Numbered from the stretch's first letter, positions 9,188 through 18,362 are shown. The stretch is 62,465 nucleotides of DNA from an uncultured Bdellovibrionales bacterium (GCA_964636505.1 CAZWRY010000004.1:4985-67449), one strand, 5' to 3'. Notes: generated by a model from the sequence alone, not told the origin. A program made the numbers and translations.

Positions 9188-9763
9188 CTAAAGCAAAGAT
9201 TTTTTGGTTCCCCTCATTTCTCTGATTATATCCTTGTAATCAGGTATGGTTTTAGCCACCAAACTCCAAAATTTCTGAGAATGATTAAATTCTCCCAGAT
9301 GACAAAGCTCATGTACGATAATATAGTTCGCAATTCTTTCCGGAAGCAGCGCAATTTTGTAATTGAAGTTTAAATTGCCTTTTCTGGAACAGCTCCCCCA
9401 TCTGGTTTTTTGATTACGGATGCTGATTCGCTTAAAATCAAAATCATAGAAACGATTAAAGTATTCGATTTTTTCACTAGCCAATTTTCTGGCAACTTCT
9501 TTGTATTTTTGTAATTCTCTTTTAGATCCTTGAGAAAAATATTGATTGCCGTGTTTTTTGAAATAGTTTAGCTTGCCCAAAATCCACTTGGCTTTTTCTT
9601 GAATAACTCTTTCGGCTGAACTTTCGCCAAAAAACAAAGAATTCGGCAATACGATTGTCACATTGCCATCGCAATTTATCGTAAGCCGCATTCTCCTGGC
9701 TCTGCGACTTCTGCGCAAAATATAGGCTATTTTTCCGCTAGTAGTTTCAATTTCTTTTTGCAT
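9188..9763 (-). CDS. YgjP/DUF45 (M48-like) metallopeptidase
   Basis: RNQKTRWGSCS and IIVHELCHLGEFNHS. Confidence 0.85.
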   Translation of the reverse strand: MQKEIETTSGKIAYILRRSRRARRMRLTINCDGNVTIVLPNSLFFGESSAERVIQEKAKWILGKLNYFKKHGNQYFSQGSKRELQKYKEVARKLASEKIEYFNRFYDFDFKRISIRNQKTRWGSCSRKGNLNFNYKIALLPERIANYIIVHELCHLGEFNHSQKFWSLVAKTIPDYKDIIREMRGTKKSLL

Positions 9764-9785
9764 GTATCCATTTTACCGTATAGAC

Positions 9786-9810
9786 AAAAAAACCGCCAAA
9801 TCTGACGGTT
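9786..9810 (-). terminator. Intrinsic terminator
   Basis: aaccgtca-gatt-tggcggtt followed by a T-run on the minus strand. Confidence 0.6.
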
Positions 9811-9825
9811 CAAATCTTAAAAAGT

Positions 9826-10113
9826 TTAGTTTTGGCCGGCAATCTTAGCCCTAGCCTGACTCAATCTCTTTTGCACCTCTTCTTCTTTGGCAAAAAGAAT
9901 GCTATTTTCAGCCAGTTTCCCTTTTTTGGCAATTTCTTCATCCGTCATGCCTTTTTCTTCCTTCATTCTGGCAACTTCGTCTTCGGTAAAAGTTACCTTG
10001 GGGTACTGATATCTTTCCAAATTAGGATTTAATATAACTGGTTTTTTTTCAACCGGCTTTTTCTTTTCACTGACTTTTTCATCGGTCTTTTTGAAGAATT
10101 CAAACATACCCAT
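9826..10113 (-). CDS. Hypothetical protein
   Basis: 95-aa ORF fills the gap between terminator and tRNA; no recognised motif. Confidence 0.6.
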   Translation of the reverse strand: MGMFEFFKKTDEKVSEKKKPVEKKPVILNPNLERYQYPKVTFTEDEVARMKEEKGMTDEEIAKKGKLAENSILFAKEEEVQKRLSQARAKIAGQN

Positions 10114-10188
10114 ATTCCTAAGTTTACTTATTTATATTTTAATTATACAATCTCTTTAAAAATTCTACAATTTTATTCCTTTATAGCT

Positions 10189-10278
10189 TGGCGGAAGCGG
10201 AGAGATTCGAACTCTCGATGCCTGTTAAGACATGCCACCTTTCCAAGGTGGTGCACTCGACCACTATGCGACGCTTCC
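10189..10278 (-). tRNA. tRNA-Ser(GGA)
   Basis: Anticodon arm ccacc-ttGGAaa-ggtgg, long variable arm, encoded CCA. Confidence 0.95.
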
Positions 10279-10321
10279 AAGTTTTTATGCCTTACTAAGT
10301 TTAAGGCAAATGGTCATATTG

Positions 10322-11425
10322 TCAATTCTTTAGATCATCCAGCGGCGTGGCTTCTACTTTCTCAATAATTTCTCGCATCATTTTCACCGTTTCTACCGGA
10401 TATTTACCATTAGCCGATTCTCCAGAAAGCATCACAGCATCTGCCCGATCAATCACAGCATTAGAAACATCAGAAACCTCTGCTCGGGTTGGGATTGGAT
10501 TTTCAATCATAGATTCTAGCATCTGAGTCGCTACGATTACCGGTTTATTTTTTTCTTGGCATTTAGTAACAATTTCTTTTTGATAAATGATTACTTCGCT
10601 CTGCGGAAGTTCAATGCCGAGATCTCCTCGGGCCACCATGACCATATCTGAAGCATCAATAATTTCATCAATATTTTTCATCGCTTCTTTCCTTTCAACT
10701 TTGGGAATGATTTTAGCCAAAACATTTTTGTTTGGAGAAAACTCCTCTATTTTTTCACGCAAATCCTGCAAATCTGTGGCATCCTTCACAAAAGACATAG
10801 CTACAAAGTCCACGCCCTTACTCAGAGCAAATTGCAAATCAGTCAAATCTTTTTTTGTTAGAGCATTAAGATTAATATCCGAATCCGGCAAATTAACGCC
10901 TTTATGATTTTTAATCACTCCGCCACTCAAAACTTCAGTCAGCAAGACCCCATTATTTTTTTCTCGCACAACCAATTTTTTACTGCCATCTTCAATCAGA
11001 ATTTCATCCCCAACTTTCATATCATTCGTGATACCTTCTTTATCCAAAAGAAGTTTTTTGTTATTTTGAGTTTGGTCATTAGAAATTGCCTGCCCGCTTA
11101 CACGGAACGCGGCCAGGGGAAATTGGAAATCAGGCGCTACTTTAATGTCACTCACCAAAATAAACTCACCTTTTTTAATTTCTATATCCGATTGAACCAG
11201 AGTTCTGATACGGGGTCCTTGCAAATCAGCGATAACATCAATTTTTTTGCCAATCTCTCCTGATATTTTTCTTATTAAGTCAATAATTCGGCCATGCCAA
11301 GCATGTTCATTGTGAGAAAAATTAAGCCGAGCCATGTTCATGCCTTCTTCCATAAGCTGACGCAAAATTTCTTCCGATTCGGAAGCTGGTCCAATGGTAG
11401 CTACGATTTTGGTACGTTTCATCAT
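10322..11425 (-). CDS. pyk: Pyruvate kinase, short form lacking the C-terminal domain
   Basis: [44 protein letters not shown]. Confidence 0.95.
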   Translation of the reverse strand: MMKRTKIVATIGPASESEEILRQLMEEGMNMARLNFSHNEHAWHGRIIDLIRKISGEIGKKIDVIADLQGPRIRTLVQSDIEIKKGEFILVSDIKVAPDFQFPLAAFRVSGQAISNDQTQNNKKLLLDKEGITNDMKVGDEILIEDGSKKLVVREKNNGVLLTEVLSGGVIKNHKGVNLPDSDINLNALTKKDLTDLQFALSKGVDFVAMSFVKDATDLQDLREKIEEFSPNKNVLAKIIPKVERKEAMKNIDEIIDASDMVMVARGDLGIELPQSEVIIYQKEIVTKCQEKNKPVIVATQMLESMIENPIPTRAEVSDVSNAVIDRADAVMLSGESANGKYPVETVKMMREIIEKVEATPLDDLKN

Positions 11426-11473
11426 ATACTTTAATCAATTATTTGTTTAAACTCCTATACTCATAATAACTGA

Positions 11474-11505
11474 AAAACAGGTAGCCGTAAAAGGCCGCCT
11501 GTTTT
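11474..11505. terminator. Intrinsic terminator
   Basis: aaaacagg..cctgtttt inverted repeat. Confidence 0.6.
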
Positions 11506-11520
11506 CTATTGAAAAGATGT

Positions 11521-11898
11521 CTATTTTATAATTTGAAATCCGCCAATCAAAGGTAATTTTTTCATTTCACCCTTGGCGCCATGAATAATTCCCATAACAG
11601 CAAAGATAATGAGCATCAGCGAACCAAAAGGCAGGATAATAAACCAACCTAAAACAGGAATAATAGATCCGACAATGTTCACGGCAATGGCAGCTAAGAG
11701 TAAATTTAATTGCTGGTTGGCATGAAATTTGGCAAAAGGACTGTTTTTGGCATCCGATACCAATGGGATGAAGAATAAAATCGGAATAATATATCCGATA
11801 ATCGCCATCAGTTTATTTTTTTCAGCATCGGATGAGCTGGCTGTTTGAGCAACCGGCTGTTGTTGCGATTGTTGTTCTTGTTGATTTTGGTTTTCCAT
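11521..11898 (-). CDS. DUF4870-like membrane protein
   Basis: MAIIGYI..AKFHANQ..KLPLIG pattern with three TM segments. Confidence 0.75.
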   Translation of the reverse strand: MENQNQQEQQSQQQPVAQTASSSDAEKNKLMAIIGYIIPILFFIPLVSDAKNSPFAKFHANQQLNLLLAAIAVNIVGSIIPVLGWFIILPFGSLMLIIFAVMGIIHGAKGEMKKLPLIGGFQIIK

Positions 11899-11995
11899 TT
11901 ATCCTGTTAAATAAGATTTGAATCTCTTTGCGTAAGAGATGCAAATTTATTTGTAATTAATTATTATTTCCCCTTAATTTAAAATTTATTTTTTA

Positions 11996-12394
11996 TTATT
12001 TAAAACTTTTGATCTCATCCAGTATCTCCTCCGGAATCGGATTTCTTTTGGGGCTTACTCCCGGATATTTCCAGACACTTATTATTTTAAACTGTTTTTG
12101 ATTATTTAACAAATTTTTTTTATTTTGATTATTTTTGAGTTTCAAATTTTGAGTTCCGTGAATTTGGTACATTGCCCAAATTTCGCTAGACCAAGCCTTT
12201 TTTCCATTTTTGGTATTTGTTGAAGGTGGCTGCATAACTGCAATGGTATTTTCCACAATGCCCTCTTCAATTCGCTGCGGGTTTTTAATGACGCGCGTCA
12301 CCCTTTGCTGGCTCAAACCATAGAATTTCATCTTCATCAAAGAATGCTGCGTCCAATAATATTTGTCGGTTTTTTTGGAAATTTTAAACTGCAT
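11996..12394 (-). CDS. Hypothetical protein
   Basis: 132-aa ORF directly downstream of htpX. Confidence 0.65.
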   Translation of the reverse strand: MQFKISKKTDKYYWTQHSLMKMKFYGLSQQRVTRVIKNPQRIEEGIVENTIAVMQPPSTNTKNGKKAWSSEIWAMYQIHGTQNLKLKNNQNKKNLLNNQKQFKIISVWKYPGVSPKRNPIPEEILDEIKSFK

Positions 12395-12401
12395 AATCTA
12401 T

Positions 12402-13301
12402 TTATTTTATGTCCATTCCGCGCAGAGCCTTAACTCTATCTTCAATTGGTGGGTGGGTTTGAAAAAGAGAAGCAATTTTTTTGCCCTTAAAAGGATTAGC
12501 GATGTAAAGATGGGCAGTAGCGCGATTGGCAACTTCCAATTTTTCCGGATCAGCCGAAATTTTTTCCAAAGCTCGCGCCAAACCTTCCGGATATCTTGTG
12601 AGTAAAGCCCCATCCGCATCAGCCAAAAACTCACGTTTACGTGAAATAGCCATTTGAATAAGCATCGCTGCAATCGGCGCTAAGATTGAAAGAACTAGTG
12701 CAATAACTATCATGATAACTTGAACTTGGTTATTTTCGCTCTCGCTGCCCTTGCGGCCACCACCCCAAAATGTCCAGCTGCGAAACCAATCAGCGAGAAG
12801 CGCAATAAAACCAACCAGCACAACCACCACTGTGGAAAGCAAAATATCGCGATTACCAATGTGCGAAAGTTCATGCGCAATCACGCCTTCCAGTTCTGCT
12901 TTTTCCAATTTTTGAATAATGCCTGTTGTAAGACAAATGACTCCATGCTTGGGATCGCGACCAGTTGCAAAAGCATTGGGCGCACTGTCTTCAATAATAT
13001 ATATTTTCGGCACCGGAAGCCCAGCAGTGATACAAAGATTTTCCACAATATGATATATCTCTCTTTCCTCATCATGCGTAACTTCTTTGGCTTTGCTCAT
13101 GGCGAGCACAATTTTGTCGCTCCACCAATAGGAACCGAGGCTCATGAGAATAGAAAAAATTACGCAGCCATAGAGGATAGCGCTGTTATTCATGGCTCCA
13201 GCAAAAACATAGCCAACTCCAATCACAAAAACCAAAAAGCCTGTGATATATATCCAGGTTAAACGCTTATTTTTATCCGCTTGATTATAGAGTGTTGTCA
13301 T
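12402..13301 (-). CDS. htpX: Zinc metalloprotease HtpX
   Basis: PNAFATGRDP, HELSH, SRKREFLAD, THPPIEDR. Confidence 0.95.
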   Translation of the reverse strand: MTTLYNQADKNKRLTWIYITGFLVFVIGVGYVFAGAMNNSAILYGCVIFSILMSLGSYWWSDKIVLAMSKAKEVTHDEEREIYHIVENLCITAGLPVPKIYIIEDSAPNAFATGRDPKHGVICLTTGIIQKLEKAELEGVIAHELSHIGNRDILLSTVVVVLVGFIALLADWFRSWTFWGGGRKGSESENNQVQVIMIVIALVLSILAPIAAMLIQMAISRKREFLADADGALLTRYPEGLARALEKISADPEKLEVANRATAHLYIANPFKGKKIASLFQTHPPIEDRVKALRGMDIK

Positions 13302-13302
13302 T

Positions 13303-13872
13303 TTAAAATTCTACTTTAACAACTTCTTTTTCCTCTCCCTTAGCTTCAAAGAATTCTCGCTTAGTAAAATTCAGCATGCCGGCAAAAATATTGGTCGGGA
13401 AAACCTGGATTTTAGTATTAAATTCCATAACATTGCCGTTATAGAATCTGCGAGCAGCTTGAATTTTATCTTCAGTGTCAGTCAGTTCTCTTTGGAGTTC
13501 CAAAAAATTTTGATTGGCTTTTAAGTCCGGATAGCTTTCGGCTACTGCAAACAAACTTTTGAGCGCTCCGGAAAGCATATTTTCTGCCTCAACCTTGTCT
13601 GCGCCTGCGTTAGCTCCCATTGCCTTTGTTCTGGCTTCGGTTACTTTTTCAAAAACTTCCTTTTCATGAGCCGCATAGCCCTTGACGGTACTAATCAAAT
13701 TGGGAATTAAATCATATCTTCTTTTAAGTTGCACATCAATATCACTCCAAGCCTCATCCACTCTATTTTTTAGCCTTATTAAGCCATTGTAAATGGCAAT
13801 AACCCAAATTGCCAGCACGACTACAACAATGATTAAAATTAATCCTATACCCATTTTTTTACGCATAAACAA
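13303..13872 (-). CDS. lemA: LemA family protein
   Basis: DVQLKRRYDLIPNL, YPDLKAN, RRFYN. Extended -10 (TGGTATAAT) at 13917-13925. Confidence 0.95.
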   Translation of the reverse strand: MFMRKKMGIGLILIIVVVVLAIWVIAIYNGLIRLKNRVDEAWSDIDVQLKRRYDLIPNLISTVKGYAAHEKEVFEKVTEARTKAMGANAGADKVEAENMLSGALKSLFAVAESYPDLKANQNFLELQRELTDTEDKIQAARRFYNGNVMEFNTKIQVFPTNIFAGMLNFTKREFFEAKGEEKEVVKVEF

Positions 13873-14006
13873 CTTCCCTATAGCTTTTATGCTTTTAAAA
13901 TTATTAACTTAGTATAATTATACCATCCTGTCAGAATTTTTTCCACTTATTTTTTTCGCTAAATTGTGCTATTATTTAGAAAACATTAAAAAATTAAAAT
14001 AAATTT

Positions 14007-14447
14007 ATGTCAAACTTATCACCTTATTATGTTTTTATTCTTCCGGCTGTCGTCGGAGTAATTATTCAATTCACCAAATTTTGCCTCTATTGCCTGAAAC
14101 ATGGTTGGAATTTCAGATATATTATGACTCACGGACATATGCCTTCAGCCCACACCGGTTTTGCTATTTCTCTCATAACTTCAGTTGGTTACTTTGAAGG
14201 TGTACATTCCGGAGCTTTTGCCGTCGCTGTGGCTTTCGCTATCATTATTATTGATGACGCCGCCCGTTTGCGCATGTATTTGGGAGATCAGGGCCGTTAT
14301 TTAAATATGCTGATTGAACAACTGGAAATTGATAAAACAAAATTCCCACGCCTTAAGGAAAGAGTGGGACACAGAGTAAGCGAAGTAATTGTCGGCGGGA
14401 TTTATGGATTCTTTTTGACTATGCTTCTGATAAAAGTTCTCGTATAA
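14007..14447 (+). CDS. Divergent PAP2 family protein (DUF212)
   Basis: GHMPSAHT, DAARLR..G.Q, GHRVSEV. Confidence 0.85.
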   Translation: MSNLSPYYVFILPAVVGVIIQFTKFCLYCLKHGWNFRYIMTHGHMPSAHTGFAISLITSVGYFEGVHSGAFAVAVAFAIIIIDDAARLRMYLGDQGRYLNMLIEQLEIDKTKFPRLKERVGHRVSEVIVGGIYGFFLTMLLIKVLV

Positions 14448-15681
14448 CTTTTTTGTCGTTCCAAGGAATTCTTTTTTTGCCAATCGCCATGGTTTCTTCT
14501 GCGCCTTTGCCAGTTACCAACACAAAATCTCCAGGCTCTGCAATTTGCAGAGCTTTTTTAATGGCTTCGCGCCTATCCGGAATTGTCCAAAAATTTTTAC
14601 CTTCAATTTTATTTTTTATTCCACTTGTAATTTCATCTATTATCTGAAGCGGATCTTCATTGTACGGATCTTCGTTAGTAATGATAATGTGGTCAGCATA
14701 TTTAGAAACAGTATCGCCCATAATCGGCCTTTTACCGCGATCGCGCTGCCCGCAAGAACCGAAAACCGCAATAATTTTATTTTTTTGAATGTTTATTTTT
14801 TCAATGAACGCATAAAGCTTTTCTAATGAATCCGGTGTTAAAGCATAGTCAATAATAATACTCAAGCTTCTTTCATTTTCCACATATTCCATTCGACCCG
14901 GAACTAATTTTATTTTTTCCAAAGCTGATTTTATTATTTCAAGGCTTATCCCCTCAGAAAATCCCACACAAATCGCCGCCAGAGCATTTTCAACGTTAAA
15001 TTTGCCCAATAAATTTAATGTGAATTTTAAATTTTGAATTTTAAATTTTGAATTATTTATATTCAACTCAATTTCTTCAGCCTTTATAATTTTAAAATTC
15101 GTCATTGGAAATTTATTCGAAATTCTTGTGGAATATCCATAAGCATTCCTTGCTCCGCAATCCAAGAATCTTTCTGGTTTTTCCATGTCCAGATTAACAA
15201 TGGCCGTACTGATATTTTTAAATAGTTTGTATTTGGCTTGGCGATACTTTTCCATTGTCTCATGATAATCCAAATGTTCGCGGGTGATATTAGTAATAAC
15301 GGCAGTGTTATATTTAACCCCCCAAACTCGGTATTGATCCAAAGAATGAGAGGATGTTTCCAAAACCAAATATTCACATCCTTTTTTGACTGCTTTTTGA
15401 ATAAATTTTTGTACCGCAAAGCTGGAAAGAGTTGTAAATTTAGTTTTATTTACTTCCTCTTCACCATTCATTTTGAAATTTATAGTGGAAGCCACAGCCA
15501 CTTTTTTCTTTGCTTCTTCTAGAATTCTGGCAATCATTTGCACAGTCGTTGTTTTGCCATTAGTTCCCGTTACTCCGATGACTTTAATCTTTTTTGATGA
15601 GAACCCATACAAAATATTAGCCAAGACAGCTTGAAAAAGATGGTAAATATTTTTGATGGATTGTGGAATAAGTTTTTTCAT
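14419..15681 (-). CDS. murE: UDP-MurNAc-dipeptide amino acid ligase MurE
   Basis: GVTGTNGKTT, LETSSHSLDQ, TNITREHLDYH, PGRME, VFGSCGQRDRGKRPIMG. Confidence 0.9.
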   Translation of the reverse strand: MKKLIPQSIKNIYHLFQAVLANILYGFSSKKIKVIGVTGTNGKTTTVQMIARILEEAKKKVAVASTINFKMNGEEEVNKTKFTTLSSFAVQKFIQKAVKKGCEYLVLETSSHSLDQYRVWGVKYNTAVITNITREHLDYHETMEKYRQAKYKLFKNISTAIVNLDMEKPERFLDCGARNAYGYSTRISNKFPMTNFKIIKAEEIELNINNSKFKIQNLKFTLNLLGKFNVENALAAICVGFSEGISLEIIKSALEKIKLVPGRMEYVENERSLSIIIDYALTPDSLEKLYAFIEKINIQKNKIIAVFGSCGQRDRGKRPIMGDTVSKYADHIIITNEDPYNEDPLQIIDEITSGIKNKIEGKNFWTIPDRREAIKKALQIAEPGDFVLVTGKGAEETMAIGKKRIPWNDKKVIRELLSEA

Positions 15682-16688
15682 CAGAAAATTGATTTTATTT
15701 TTTGGATAATCCTGTACAGGAGATATATTTGCTGATTCAAGATTATATCATAGCTTCCTGAAAATTCAACCGGCTTGGTTTGTGGAGAAAAACCCAGCTT
15801 GAACTTGGTAATACCTGCCCAGGAGTTGGCTTTTTGCATTTTCACTCCCCCAAAATCATAGAGTTTGCATCCGTTCTTTTTGGCATCCAAAATAGCCTGC
15901 CATTGCAAAAGATAGGGTGCCATTACATTACGATATTCATCGTCAGTTGCTCCATGTAAATAAATGGCAGTATCTTCATAAAATACAACCAAATTAGCCG
16001 CAATAATTTTATCTCTATATTCTGCAACATAAAGTTTTATAATTTCTCCCGGAATAGTTTCCAACATTTTCTTATAATACTCACTGGCATGAAATCTTAT
16101 GTTTTTTCTTTTTTCCGTTAACTTAACTAGCCTAATAAATTCGTCTATATATTTTTTATTTTGGTCATTGGAAATTGGAGTTTGATTGGAAATTGGAAAT
16201 TGGAAATTGGAAATTACTTTCACAGAAACGCCTCGTTTCTGTGAAAGATTTATATTGTATCTTGTTTTTTGGCTCATTTCAGCCAAAATTTCTTCTTCTG
16301 ATTTAGAAATATCCATAATGAAGATTTCTTTCGGCTGCATATCATGCGGTGCTTTTCGAATTTTATATTCAGTACTATTTTTTATCAGGTTTAACATTTC
16401 TTCATTTTCTGGATCAATTCGAATCCAGCCAATGTTTTCTTTCTTGGCTAGAGTTAATAAAGTTGTCATTCCGATCCGCCAGCTGGCGGACGAGGAATCT
16501 AACTCCATAACTGGTCCGCGTGGACTATAAAAATACTTGCCTACTATTGGTAATTTGTGTTCAATAATGTTTGCCTGAAAATTACCCTCTGAAACAAAAA
16601 AAGTCCTCCGCCCAACGGCTGATTGAAATTTTCGCCATTCCTCAGATTGAAGAAAATTTAAATTGTTATTTTTTAGATTGTTTAGCAT
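15681..16688 (-). CDS. FemABX-family aminoacyl-tRNA peptidoglycan bridge transferase
   Basis: FLQSEEW, YSPRGPV, KTRYNI, YLHGA, YDFGG, FKLGF. Confidence 0.9.
   Translation of the reverse strand: MLNNLKNNNLNFLQSEEWRKFQSAVGRRTFFVSEGNFQANIIEHKLPIVGKYFYSPRGPVMELDSSSASWRIGMTTLLTLAKKENIGWIRIDPENEEMLNLIKNSTEYKIRKAPHDMQPKEIFIMDISKSEEEILAEMSQKTRYNINLSQKRGVSVKVISNFQFPISNQTPISNDQNKKYIDEFIRLVKLTEKRKNIRFHASEYYKKMLETIPGEIIKLYVAEYRDKIIAANLVVFYEDTAIYLHGATDDEYRNVMAPYLLQWQAILDAKKNGCKLYDFGGVKMQKANSWAGITKFKLGFSPQTKPVEFSGSYDIILNQQIYLLYRIIQKIKSIF
16465..16500. repeat. Composite palindrome inside the fem gene (GTCATTCCGA-TCCGCCAGCTGGCGGA-CGAGGAATCT)
   Basis: Perfect 16-bp palindrome 16475-16490 within attcc/ggaat arms. 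Confidence 0.75.
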
Positions 16689-16696
16689 AAATAAAG

Positions 16697-16732
16697 AGCG
16701 GGTAAAGAGAGTCGAACTCCTATCTCAACCTT
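16697..16732 (-). pseudogene. 3' half of a tRNA (Gly-like)
   Basis: aa-ggttg-agat-aggag-TTCGACT-ctctt-tacccgc-t gives an intact T-arm and acceptor 3' strand. The 5' half is missing here. Confidence 0.75.
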
Positions 16733-16755
16733 GCCTGCCCGTAGTGCTTCGCTTG

Positions 16756-16826
16756 AGCGAGATACCAGAATCGAACTGGCGCTTTAACCTTGGGAAGGTC
16801 ACGTACTACCACTATACTAATCTCGC
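16756..16826 (-). tRNA. tRNA-Gly(CCC)
   Basis: gcgagattagtatagtggtagtacgtgaccttCCCaaggttaaagcgccagttcgattctggtatctcgct folds as a cloverleaf. Confidence 0.92.
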
Positions 16827-16851
16827 ACATACAAAGCAGTTGGAGGGAACC

Positions 16852-16870
16852 ATGCCTGCCGGTAGGCAGG
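16852..16870. repeat. Palindromic repeat (a)TGCCTGCCGGTAGGCAGG
   Basis: Near-perfect inverted repeat abutting the tRNA 5' half. Confidence 0.75.
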
Positions 16871-16897
16871 GCATAATAGCCGCTATACTATACCCAC
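16871..16897 (-). pseudogene. 5' half of a tRNA (Gly-like)
   Basis: gtgggta-ta-gtatagcggctattat-g-c gives an acceptor 5' strand and D-arm; it pairs 7/7 (one GU) with the 3' half at 16698-16704. Confidence 0.7.
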
Positions 16898-16924
16898 AAA
16901 GAACGAGAAAAACTCGCCCTTGGT

Positions 16925-17515
16925 TTATTCTTGCGCTCCACCACCAGCATTCCCTGAACCAGAAGATACATTATTTGCGGATGTGTCTTCTGATGTGATC
17001 ACTGCGATTTGTGTTTTATCCTTGTTTGCTTCATCCTCACTTGCTCCCATGGTAACCATAACGCTAACCTGGCCTTTTTTGAAATTAAGTATTTTACCCT
17101 GCGTTCCCATGTCCGTTTCGTTTTCTTTTTGCCAACCACTCTTAGCCATTTCTTCTTTATATTTAATCATTGCTTCTTCTGGAGTAGTAGATGTAAGATA
17201 AGATATTGAATAGCTTTTTTCTGCAGCAGACCCGCTTATAGCAAAAACGACCTTTGCGTCAGAAAAAATAAAGATATCCTTGGGAAAATTTTCTGGAATT
17301 TTGACATTCTCGCCCGCCGAGAACGATCCGTCCTTGGTATCAATGCTCGCAGTTCCCTTACCTGTGTCAATATTTACCTTTCCGCCTGTTTGAGACTCAA
17401 TGGCCTTCTCCATTATTTTTTGGCCAATTTCTTCCTTGGATGGAAATGGCCAACAGCCCGAAAGTACTATAATAGCACCCAGGGCTACTGTCGCGAGAAA
17501 CAATTTTTGTTTCAT
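16925..17515 (-). CDS. Putative lipoprotein
   Basis: Lipobox-like IIVLSGC after a signal peptide. Confidence 0.7.
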   Translation of the reverse strand: MKQKLFLATVALGAIIVLSGCWPFPSKEEIGQKIMEKAIESQTGGKVNIDTGKGTASIDTKDGSFSAGENVKIPENFPKDIFIFSDAKVVFAISGSAAEKSYSISYLTSTTPEEAMIKYKEEMAKSGWQKENETDMGTQGKILNFKKGQVSVMVTMGASEDEANKDKTQIAVITSEDTSANNVSSGSGNAGGGAQE

Positions 17516-17561
17516 ATTTTTTTATTAATTATTATTCAAAAATAATCCCAAAGAGAAAGAA

Positions 17562-18134
17562 TTATTTTTTTCCTAAATTTTTAAGAGCCATCTTTATTCT
17601 CTCTCCCACCTCTTTGATATCTTTGGACACTGATTTTAAGGCTTCCCTTGCTTCGGTACCCGAATAGCCCATTCCGGTCAGAGCTTCAATAGCATCCAGA
17701 TCACTCACGGCACCCTTTTTTTCACTTTCCGGCATATCGGCAATTTTATTTTTGAGTTCCAAAATAACTCTCTCTGCGGTTTTCTTTCCCACCCCGGAAA
17801 CCCTGGTTAAAATGGATGAATCCTCATTAAGAATGGCCGTTTTAATTGTTCGTGGAGTAGCCACCGTTAAAATTCCCAATCCTGCCTTAGGGCCAATACC
17901 GGAGATAGAGATTAGAAGTTCAAACATTTCCAATTCCTCCGAAGATAAAAATCCGTACAAAGCTAGGGTGTCTTCTCTTACGTAGGTATGAATAAAAAAA
18001 TCAACCTCTTTTTGGCCGGCTAATTTGCCAAGCGCATAAGGCGTGGCAAAAATTTTATAGCCTATTCCATTAACATCTACCACAATATAGTTATCTTTGA
18101 TATATTCAATTTTACCTTTAATTTTAGCAAACAT
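17562..18134 (-). CDS. ruvA: Holliday junction branch migration protein RuvA
   Basis: VDVNGIGY, LYGF, ISGIGPK, GVGKKTAERVILELK; likely start MFAKIKG at 18134. Confidence 0.96.
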   Translation of the reverse strand: MFAKIKGKIEYIKDNYIVVDVNGIGYKIFATPYALGKLAGQKEVDFFIHTYVREDTLALYGFLSSEELEMFELLISISGIGPKAGLGILTVATPRTIKTAILNEDSSILTRVSGVGKKTAERVILELKNKIADMPESEKKGAVSDLDAIEALTGMGYSGTEAREALKSVSKDIKEVGERIKMALKNLGKK

Positions 18135-18254
18135 ATTCATGAAACATGAAACATACAACATTCAACAACTGGCTAGTAACTTTTTTCTCCTCATTATTTG
18201 AGTTGTGCTTTATATTGTATGTTATATGAATTATTTTAACATTTTCCCCAGTTC

Positions 18255-18283
18255 TTGCCAAAAAAAGAATGGCGTGTTATAAA
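18255..18283 (+). promoter_or_regulatory. Sigma70-type promoter for rpsT
   Basis: TTGCCA-17 bp-TATAAA. Confidence 0.55.
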
Positions 18284-18362
18284 AATAAAGCTAACTTAAA
18301 GCTCTCAATTAACTAAAAATAAGAATCCCGAAGGAACCCCTTTGGGACTAAAAACTACTCTT

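Noticed and set aside
11477-11490. aacaggtagccgta resembles 16S helix 45
   Set aside because: Short match inside a terminator hairpin with no rRNA context.
16188-16215. Heptamer tracts as CRISPR or a DGR
   Set aside because: No spacers, no reverse transcriptase, and no TR/VR pair.
16663-16998. 111-aa plus-strand ORF
   Set aside because: Antisense to the tRNA-Gly cluster.
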